Shown here piece by piece: positions 54,411 to 64,000 of a DNA stretch of 64,000 nucleotides. Position 1 is the stretch's first letter. Every line of letters begins with the position of its first letter. The notes beneath the pieces are model-generated. The model was not told the DNA's origin, did not search any database, and saw only the letters and a program-made list of their open reading frames with translations. The stretch is taken from contig OZ024742.1 in assembly GCA_964016885.1 (NCBI GenBank), positions 66,402,001-66,466,000 on the forward strand, written 5' to 3'. Source of the stretch: Eledone cirrhosa. Its lineage: Eukaryota. The translations under genes were made by a program, and so were the position numbers.

Positions 54411-54445
<35 letters not shown>
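54154..54445 (+). mobile_element. Tx1/L1-clade LINE copy 4: 3' UTR only, nearly identical to the copy 2 UTR
   Basis: Matches 50426-50690 with only a few differences; (TATC)n tail. Confidence 0.92.
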
Positions 54446-55571
54446 TCATCTATCTACGTTCCTATTTCTCCTATCTATGAACACATTTTTTAAATGCATC
54501 TAATTTTTACTTATACATGCATTAATTAATTCAAAATCATTTAGTTTGCAGAAATAGTTATGATTAACTCATTAGTTATCGTACCATCTTGCTTCGATGT
54601 GATTAGCTTTTCTACCTTAACAATTGTTTTGTTGTTATGTATTTTTAACCCGCATCTCCATGTTTCACATGGTATTTTACAAAGGTTTGTGTGTGTAAAT
54701 TGACGGCCCTTTTTAAACAAGGGACACAGCTGATTACATCATAGCTGCCATAATCTGATCCCATGACAAGCACGTAAGTTTGATTTCAATATGAATGATG
54801 CTAACTGTCATATGTTAGCTAACGTACAGCGAGATCTGATTTGTATTTTGTTATGAAACACCTTCCCTTATTTATGCGTTGTTAGCCCTTTGTCGAATAG
54901 TTAAATCGTTAAAATCAAAATTTAGTGGTCTTTGTTTTTCTCTTCATTCTGTATAGTAACTAAATGACATTTTCCTTGTGTACGCTACGTTAATATGTTG
55001 ACGGTGTAATGTCATCTTTCGTCGATTTAAATATGCAACGTTCTTTTATATGGTCATTGTCATGTAATATCACGTTTCGTTTTTCATGCGTTATACTACT
55101 CGAAGGCAGTGCTTAAGTATAGTGCTAGACATATGGACTCAGAGGGATCAGTAATATTTCGGTAGTGGCTGAAACTGTGTAACTGCAACTCGACAACCAA
55201 TAGCCGCGGGCGTGTTTATCCTATTCAGGTTACCTAAGTGTACCTCGATTAAATAGCATGTTGTACCTGTGTGCCGTTATATGTGTGTATGTATATATGA
55301 TGTATGTATGAATGCATGTACGTATGCAATAAATCTTCTCATACGTAGAATAAAATCACTGTTTATTTTTACATTTTATTTTTAAAATATTTCTGGAATA
55401 TTTCATCATAAAAGCCTCATAAGTGAAAAGGCTTTCGATGTGAAACACCTATAGAATTATGACTTCTGATTATGGACATTGTGTTCACTTGGAACAAAAG
55501 GTGTTTGTGTCAGACACGTGTGTTACCTACTAGTAAAAATAATTACACATCATTAAATTAATTAATATATA

Positions 55572-55761
55572 AGGGCGGTGAATTGGCAGTGTCGGTAGAG
55601 GGTCGGATGCCATGCTTTCCAGCATAGTTACGTCCCTTTACGATCTGAGTCCAAATCCCGCCGAGGTTGAGTTTGCCTTTCATCCTTACGGGGTCGATAA
55701 AATAAAGTACCAGTAATGCACTGAGTAATTGCTGGCCTTGTGCCTAAAGTAGAAACAATTA
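55572..55761 (+). mobile_element. Full-length tRNA-derived SINE (Meta-domain type)
   Basis: A box TGGCAGTGTCGG, B box GAGTCCAAATCC, Meta core; ATTAAATTAATTAATATAT duplicated on both flanks. Confidence 0.92.
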
Positions 55762-56232
55762 AATTAATTAATATATCATTAAATATCTTTAAACACTTCA
55801 TGATTGTAAGGTGTATAGTTGAAAATAATTAGATACCATTAAACTGTCTCAACACGGAAATGTAATATACATAGAAGATATCTTTTCAACTCATATGTAT
55901 ATCAATTAACTGTTACGTTGTCTAGAAGAAATTATTCGAGAATTGACATTTTAATGCGGAATCATTCATATCAAGCTATAAGGTGAAATTTTAATGATAG
56001 GTCGATATTTCAAAATTGGACGATTTAAGGTGGCCAAGATGTTCTATTGGATTCTACATGAGTAGTTAAGTGTCCTTCATTCTAGAGTGCAATAAAACCT
56101 ATATGAATCTATAAAAGATGTTGAAGATGGTCAAATATCAAAATAATACTAAAATGAAACATATTACTACTACCTATTCAATATATTGAATATATTCCAT
56201 CTTAATCTCTCATTTAATTTCTCTCTGCCTCA

Positions 56233-56285
<53 letters not shown>

Positions 56286-56350
56286 CACACGCGCGCACAC
56301 ACACACACACACACTCACACACAGATACACACACGCACCGCACACACGCG

Positions 56351-56431
<81 letters not shown>

Positions 56432-57038
56432 ACACATATATATATATATATATGTGTGTATATAAGATTTTTAAATTTCTTACAACCTGCGAGAAAGCAT
56501 GCTATAATACTTCAAAACTGTTCTAAGAAATAAGCACTTATCAATCAATTTCCTCACATATATCAATACAACGTTGTGTTGAGGAAACTATAATAATTCA
56601 TTCTAGCTTACATAATCCATTCATGTCGTTAGTGGAAAAGGACTGAGCATCGCAAATATGATGTGTTCTCGTAAAAGATCTGCTTAAGATATGGGAAGGA
56701 AACGGACAGGAAATGGACAGGAAACACTGCTCCAGAAGATTCTAGAATTTTATATCACCTGCTTTCCCTATTTAAGAAATGTATTTCTACATGATAAATA
56801 CATGTTTATCTATTACGTATTAATTATTGAATATACATATAACATTAGAACATGTAGCGTCCAAAAATGTAACAACAGCAGATGCCATACATGATATAAT
56901 CACGACAAATCTTTAATAGAAGTAAATAATCTTTGTTGGTCTGTTTTCACGTCTCTTCAGACAGTGACAAGAAGAAATAAATAAATTAATTAAAATAAGA
57001 TTGGGGTAGATACAATACAACAGGAGGAAACATAATAG

Positions 57039-57082
57039 TAACACTGATGATGTTGCAGATGTGAAACGAAAGAACTTTGATA
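57039..57082 (+). ncRNA. Degenerate minimal hammerhead, family of 7200/22114
   Basis: TAACA-CTGATGA-t-GTTGCA..TGAAAC-GAAA-GAAC-TT-TGATA; downstream 57250-57320 resembles the Penelope tail at 6995-7080. Confidence 0.6.
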
Positions 57083-57459
57083 GACTATATATATATATAT
57101 ATATATTTATATCTGCATTTTTAACCGCTGGTCAATCAATGATAAACATTGATTGCCAAATAAATTAACTATGGAGATATAAATGATACAGAAGCGAAAA
57201 CCAACCAAACAGTGAGTGTGTTCTGTTATTATTTCTGGCAATATTACAACAATATGACCCTCCCCAAGTATAACAATAATTGTTTCGACACACGATTTCA
57301 TATAAAAAACCTTGAAAAACAAATATATATATGAATGTATATATAATGTATTTTGCAATACACTTTATGCTTAATTAAAAGCATTTTGAAGACCGTATGC
57401 TATTGTTTTAGAATAGTGACAAACTCACTTACTTTAATCTCAGCAAACAAGGGGAGATA

Positions 57460-57503
57460 AGCCGACATGCCTTGTTTCGCATTTATTGATGCTTATCAAG
57501 GCT
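57460..57503 (-). ncRNA. Type I hammerhead ribozyme with U3-A8 core variant
   Basis: AGCC-TTGATAA-GCAT-caataa-ATGC-GAAA-CAAGGCATG-TC-GGCT. Confidence 0.78.
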
Positions 57504-57782
57504 AACTACTCCCTCCTGTCTACTGAGATCACTGATGTTATATTCTTATAGAATTCTAGTAAATAATCAGGAACTGATTATACAGAGCGGTTGCCAGTCA
57601 GGCAGAAATTAAAAATTAGAATTGGAGCTCTGAAATAGCAATATATATATGAATGTATATATAATGTATTTTGCAATACACTTTATGCTTAATTAAAAGC
57701 ATTTTGAAGACCGTATGCTATTGTTTTTAGAATTCTATAAGAATATAACATCAGTGATCTCAGTAGACAGGAGGGAGTAGTT

Positions 57783-57827
57783 AGCCTTGATAAGCATCAA
57801 TAAATACGTAACAAGGCCTTGTCGGCT
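57783..57827 (+). ncRNA. Second copy of the U3-A8 hammerhead (GAAA mutated to GTAA)
   Basis: AGCC-TTGATAA-GCAT..ATAC-GTAA-CAAGGCCTTG-TC-GGCT. Confidence 0.65.
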
Positions 57828-57993
57828 TATCTCCCCTTGTTTGCTGAGATTAAAGTAAGTGAGTTTGTCACTACTCTAAAACAATAGCATACGGTCTTCA
57901 AAATGCTTTTAATTAAGCATAAAGTGTATTGCAAAATACATTATATATACATTCATATATATATTGCTATTTCAGAGCTCCAAATCTAATTTT

Positions 57994-58050
<57 letters not shown>

Positions 58051-58435
58051 TATGTATGTATGTACATATGTATATATATATATGTATATATGTTCGTGTG
58101 TGTATTTATACATATGTTCAATATCGGTAAACGATAGATATTCCTAACAAATAATAGATTATTGTTACTTACATTAATTACTCGAAGACATCAATTTGAG
58201 AATAGAAATAAACAAGACAGTATATACTATTTTAAAGTGAGTAATCCGGCACCCAACTTATATTGTGAATTTATCGTCTGCTCTGAATATCAATATTTAC
58301 AGTGTTGCAGAATGTTTAGTATCTTTAATTTCATTTATTGGAAATACATTTTAAAATGATGTAATTATGTATTACGAAAACGGAAAATATTTAGAAGAAA
58401 GAATTTTTAATGAGCGTGCATTCTCTCTCTCTCTA

Positions 58436-58468
<33 letters not shown>

Positions 58469-58574
58469 GACACACACACACACATACACATGCCACACAC
58501 ACACTCAAACACACACAAACAAACAAACATACACACACACACACATGTAGATACAAACATACATACATTCATAT

Positions 58575-58899
58575 AGGAAATTAGAAGGACAATGCATTAA
58601 TGGAACAGTAAAAATATGTAAAACATTCCAAAAATGTTGCATCTAATAACTGCATATACACATGTACAGATACAAAGCATATACACATGCACACATACAA
58701 CTCAAAACATACACATCCATAAATACAATAACATCCATATATATACATGCAGACATGCATACATAATCTACCTAGTTGATGTGTAAATTCCAATGAGAGA
58801 GTCTTGTATCTATGGTAGAAAACGACTCTCTCTCTATTGGTAAAAATTTGTGAGATTATAAAACCAGAAGAACATACATACATACATACATACATACAT
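58575..58899 (+). mobile_element. R4/Dong-like LINE 3' end with (CATA)n tail
   Basis: Homologous to 3445-3755 (RKL....INGTVKICKTF and UTR). Confidence 0.78.
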
Positions 58900-59811
58900 G
58901 GTGGCTGCCAACTCGTTTTCGAGTACGGCCACTACTTTATATCCATGTAGGAGAACCCCTACCGATGCGCTAAACAAGTGTGACTTTTTAGTCCAGCCAG
59001 CGACTTGAAAACTCTGGTACAAACACTACACCTGTGACAATTATTGACACATAGTGCTGGGCCTATGGCACCATGTGACGACAAGTGCAGAGAGCTCTCC
59101 AGATATAAAGCAATGCCTGTGCCGTGAAGCTTTTATAGTGAGCAAAGGCACTGCACAAAGCCAGTTCCACTCTCTTAACCAAGATGATATTTACCATAAA
59201 GAAGAACAAGTCAACATCATTGGATACCATCAGGGTTGCAGGTGTTATATCAGAGTTTTCCTTCTCCTAGAATTCATACATACATACATACATACATACA
59301 TACATACATACATACATACATACATACATACATACATACGTACATGTATGTAAACTTATAAACAAATATATAGGAAATTCTGCAATATATCAGAAAGTCA
59401 TTGTAACGATATATCTGTAGAACAAAAAATCAGTGAAATCCCTCAAATCCAAGATGAGCCAGATTATATCAACCTGTGACATTAATCATGCAGTCAGCAT
59501 CTAGACAAAAATGTCATGATAATGTAACGTTCAACATGTAAAATGTCAAAACATTGTAACGCGTGGCGTGAACACACACACAAAAGAGACACACACATAC
59601 ACATACCCACATACACACACACATCCATGCACACAGATATCCACACACACACATATCCACACACAAACACATGCATATATGTGTGGGGTGTGTCTGTATC
59701 TTAGTGTGCAGTGAAGGTGCGTGGTTTTCGGATCTCTATCGGAAGTTTATCAGTTCAATTATCGATGGCGCATTGTTGTCCTTGAGTATGCTGCATTATT
59801 TCTATCTGAAA

Positions 59812-59910
59812 GGTTACCTTTGCCGTTCATCCTTACGGGGTCGATAAAATAAAATACCAGTAATACACTGGGTAATTGCTGGCCTTGTGCCTAACGTAGA
59901 CACAATTATT
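59812..59910 (+). mobile_element. 5'-truncated SINE
   Basis: Meta core plus tail; ATTATTTCTATCTGA duplicated on both sides. Confidence 0.82.
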
Positions 59911-60131
59911 TCTATCTGATTCAGACCAAAGAGTAGGAAATTATGAGTTATAACACTAATAATTCAAAGAAGCAGTCATAGGACACCGTGGGTCATGGTG
60001 GATCTCCCCAAGAAATATTAATCACACACGTGGCTGTTGAATGCTCAGCCACATGCAAGCTAATTTCACAATCAGGTTATTTCTCGAACGAAGCCACCGA
60101 AACATGTGTCTGCGGAAGTGAAGACATTTCT

Positions 60132-60199
<68 letters not shown>

Positions 60200-60711
60200 C
60201 TGATGAAACCTTCCGTCCTATTTCGACATATGAGGGCTCAACAGTCTTCTCAGTTTAACTTTTATGGTTATGACCCAAATTTATCCGAGCTGCTGATTTA
60301 TTTACACATGAAGCTGCATTTAGTGCAGATAATAGGCTTTTGAGCAGTGGAGGGTGGAATATTTGATCCGCAGGACATGGCTTGCTTATCTGAGTTGGCA
60401 TTTCATCAGAAACGACTCAATCCTACCGATGTTGCTTCCCGTGAAGATATCAATCGGGAAGAAAGTGTCGGAACGTGCATAACCTCTGATAGAGCGAAGT
60501 CAATGTGCGCGGAAGACATCAAGCTTTCAAATGTGAGTGCGATAAAATATCTATGTCTCCGAGACGAATAAGAGTGCTGTCAGTACCACTGAAAAATATA
60601 CTGCAACTTTCGTTTTCAGGATATAGCTCTGACAACCCATAGATGATGTTGTAGTATGTATGTATATATTTATACATGTATGCATATATGATAGCATGTA
60701 TGCATGGGTAA

Positions 60712-61450
60712 TCTATATATATAAAGCTGTGGTTGTCTGTCTGTCTATCGATTTTTGGCACACATCTCCTCTTAGAATCTCTGACGGAATTGCACCGAAA
60801 TTGCTATACTTGTACATTGAGCCCTAGCGAAAACATCGGAAAAAAATATTTCAAATTGACCCACCCTATGTGACGAAATCGAATCTAATGTATCGATTTT
60901 TGAGCGTAAGTGATCAGTTATTTCCCTTTGTTCTGTTTACATTCAGCGTAGCGTCTTACGTTCTCTTTACATTTTCTGCGTGCAAAAATTAAAAAAATGA
61001 TTTCCCTTTGTTCTGTTTACATTCAGCGTCTTACGTTCTGTTTACATTTTCTGCGTGCAAAAATTAAAAAAATTACGCTGGCTTTCTCAGCGTTTAAAAT
61101 GACATTAACACAATACACGAACAGTTGTCGAGCCAGCAAAATTTTGACCTGCAAAATTCATCAATTCGAACACTAAGCTTCCGTTTTGCTTCATTTCCAT
61201 TTAAAAGCCTTTTAAAACAATATTTTTACTTGAAAACAAGTCTATTTAAAGACTACGTAAAACAAGCAAATATTTCGTAAAAAAAAGCAAAAATTATATA
61301 AGTTTATTTAAAATATATGTATCTGTAAATTTCGTTAGGCGTGCAGACAGACAGTCGTGCAGACAGACTTTAAGCCAAAAAAGAAACTTAACATTGTAAC
61401 TTTAACACAGCTACTGAGCGACCCCGAGCAACGCCGGGCTTTACTGCTAG
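60712..61450 (+). mobile_element. Non-autonomous Helitron
   Basis: 5' TCTATATATATAAAG, subterminal hairpin CCCG-AGCAACGC-CGGG, 3' CTAG, inserted between A and T with no TSD; internal duplication of about 78 bp. Confidence 0.88.
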
Positions 61451-62994
61451 TATTCTATATAAAGCTTTATCAAGACATGTACAGAGTTATAAACACAGAC
61501 TTGTATTGAAATCATTGTTGGATAAAATTTAGCTTTTCCTATAGAAAATACCGTTAACAACTCTTTTCTCTTTTCTATATAGCTGTCACCTTGGTTCATA
61601 TATCATCACCATCGTCAACATCACCATTGCTACAACCTCCAGAATAACAAGCAACACCAAATACAATACCACCGTCAAATTCCCAATTACAATCACCACT
61701 CATAATTATCAACGCAATCAGCATCCAGTAGCCCAAGTACCTCACATCCGACCTACTAATATACATTTAATCTGTCCGACAGAATTAATAACTGACATAG
61801 ACTTCACTAAATAAGTGCTATTGCGACGGAAACATACATAATCTCCAAGACGAAGGTCTTTAGGTATTATTTTAATCAGACGGCCCATCTCTTATTAAAC
61901 TAGAAGCGCTCTCATCGGACCTGCTAAATTCTCTGATACTATTCCTCTCTGTTAACTATCCACGCACCAACAAACTGAACAATTCATATTCACACTACAT
62001 AATAGTCCGTTTAAAGAGAGTTTAGTATTACAATATCACATTGCAACCAACCGATCACACAAAAATTTACATTTTTACATAGTGACATTTTAAATATTGA
62101 GGGATTATTAGAAGCGACTTAGAATAAATATTTTATTTTATCTCAATTAATTTAAGTATTTGCAATATAGTTGACAAGCACACAACAATTCACATCCCCA
62201 AAAGTAAACATTCTACCAACTTCGTTGTTAACGATCTGATTCAAGGGGTTTAAGTTTATTAGATAATTAGCACGCAACTCATACCTCACGTATATTACAC
62301 AGAGATACATTAAGGCTGGGATATCAAACACTCCGTAATTACCTCCCACGTCCCCGAAATGATTCTTTCCTCTGTTTAACACCAAATATAGTCGGCTAAA
62401 GGAGTTTTATTGTTCGTATTGTTGTCTGGGCGGCTGATGAGTACCAGTTTTGAAGAACCTCCTCCGCTGTACTGTGGTGGCCAGAACTACTGCACTCTTA
62501 AAGCAACGGTCGTGCATACATGTTAATTTTGGGCAATATATATATATTATCCAAAATAGAGAGGTGAACAGAACAAAAAGGGAAACATCGAACAGTCCAA
62601 TGTTCTCAGTCAACCTCTGGATATTACTACAATTTCGAGGTTTAAGATTGATACTTTTCATTCCAATACACATTGGGACGCAACAAAACACATGTAGAGA
62701 CAAAGACAGGACATGTTATGCCTTTCGGAGAATTACACGATTGAAGCCGAAAAAGTATCCTAAGTGCATCAACTGACAAAAAAGATGAATATATATTATA
62801 CTGAATGACGCTGATATGAATGTATACATACGTATTGGCAGAGGAACAATAGTTCTTTCAATGCTAACACTTTTCTTTCATGAAAATGACAAGAAACATT
62901 AATATTCGATCGTAAAGATTAAATGTAAAAAAAAAAAAAGATACACTGCAACTATGAAAATAATATAGATATATATTAAATAAACTGCTACAAA

Positions 62995-63002
62995 TACTAC
63001 CA

Positions 63003-63062
<60 letters not shown>

Positions 63063-63085
63063 ATAATAATAATAATAATAATAAT
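62995..63085. repeat. (TAC)n then (TAA)n microsatellite
   Basis: Direct reading. Confidence 0.95.
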
Positions 63086-63499
63086 ATTTACAAGAAGATG
63101 GTGATGATAACGAGGGGAGAGGAAAATAAGGATGAGGGTGATTTTGGAAGAGTTGGGAAATAATAAAGAAGAAAAAATCTAATAAAAATAAATAAATATC
63201 CAGCTGATCTTATACATTTACATGTCAAAATTCTCACTATTCTATCACTATATATCATTCATTTGTTCAGTCATATCTATCTATTTATCTAGCTATTGAT
63301 TTTGATCTCTTCATTTCTGTTTTTTTTATAACCATATTTCATTTGTATATCTATTTTACCATATATCTATTTTCCAATACACTGTAGTGTACACACACTC
63401 ACACACATACACACCCACCCACACACCCACATACACACACACAGAGGCGTGCACATGTATATACACACATATATATATGTGAGTTATATATATATATAT

Positions 63500-63698
63500 A
63501 GGAGAACGTTTTGACCCCGACGGCAGAGGTCAAGCCGTTTCGACGGCTATTTCTGGACTAAAAAATAGAAATAGCCGTCGAAATGGCTTGAGCTCTGCCG
63601 TCGGGGTCATACTTTCTCCTATTACCCACTCTACTACCCTAAGCATTGAGTACTCTAGTGCGTTATGGTCCATCTGGTTCCTTACCACAACTCCTTCG

Positions 63699-63700
<2 letters not shown>
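63500..63700 (+). mobile_element. Fold-back element of the 4017 family inserted in (TA)n
   Basis: Imperfect palindrome 63500-63621 plus the same tail as 4128-4207. Confidence 0.82.
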
Positions 63701-63749
<49 letters not shown>

Positions 63750-64000
63750 TAATCTCATTCTATTGCTATTCATTATCTATAAGATATTTCATTCTTGGCC
63801 AAACAATCACTTCCTATTGTGTCCATCTTAGAGAGTTCCCGTTTCACCGTAGTTTATGACTACGCCAATACTATATATCGTAGTTTTATGATACAAAAAG
63901 ACATTGTTACACATACGTATACAAGTGCAGTCATAAACACACGCAAACACAGGTAATCATATATACACACACACCACTCATTTATATGTACAAACACACA

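Larger units (their letters stand above)
57322..57996. mobile_element. 318-bp non-coding HHR-bearing repeat: about 1.3 direct units plus one inverted arm (retrozyme-like)
   Basis: ATGAATGTATATATAATG at 57331 and 57649; inversion at TAGAATTCTA near 57728. Confidence 0.85.

Noticed and set aside
55572-55665. tRNA gene
   Set aside because: A and B boxes belong to a SINE head; no complete cloverleaf and no oligo-T terminator at a tRNA 3' end.
58900-58985. HDV-like ribozyme at a putative LINE 5' end
   Set aside because: A hairpin is present but the P1.1/P3/L3 double pseudoknot could not be fitted.
60200-60230. CTGATGA motifs at 60200, 20294 and 62433
   Set aside because: No correctly placed GAAA, UH site or helices.

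Overview
AT-rich, microsatellite-dense animal genomic DNA with no recognisable host exon. The repeat content (Meta-domain tRNA SINEs, many Penelope-like elements, long (TA)n/(CA)n/(TATC)n tracts) resembles an octopus or other cephalopod intron or intergenic region; this assignment is inference. Main contents: (1) a 13-kb head-to-tail stack of Tx1/L1-clade LINEs (41443-54445) sitting in (TATC)n tracts, one with an intact 1145-aa APE-RT-CCHC ORF2; (2) a near-complete but disrupted Penelope-like element with an inverted pseudo-LTR (7049-11348) and several GIY-YIG fragments; (3) about eleven hammerhead-ribozyme (HHR) motifs read by eye, including an intact one at 353-435 and a U3-A8 core variant in a 318-bp repeat; (4) non-coding 318-617-bp tandem/inverted repeat units that look like non-autonomous Penelope/retrozyme families; (5) fold-back palindromes built from the 3' half of an HHR; (6) hAT remnants, a non-autonomous Helitron, R4/Dong-like LINE pieces and many SINEs. 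Most short ORFs in the supplied track are microsatellite or antisense artefacts.
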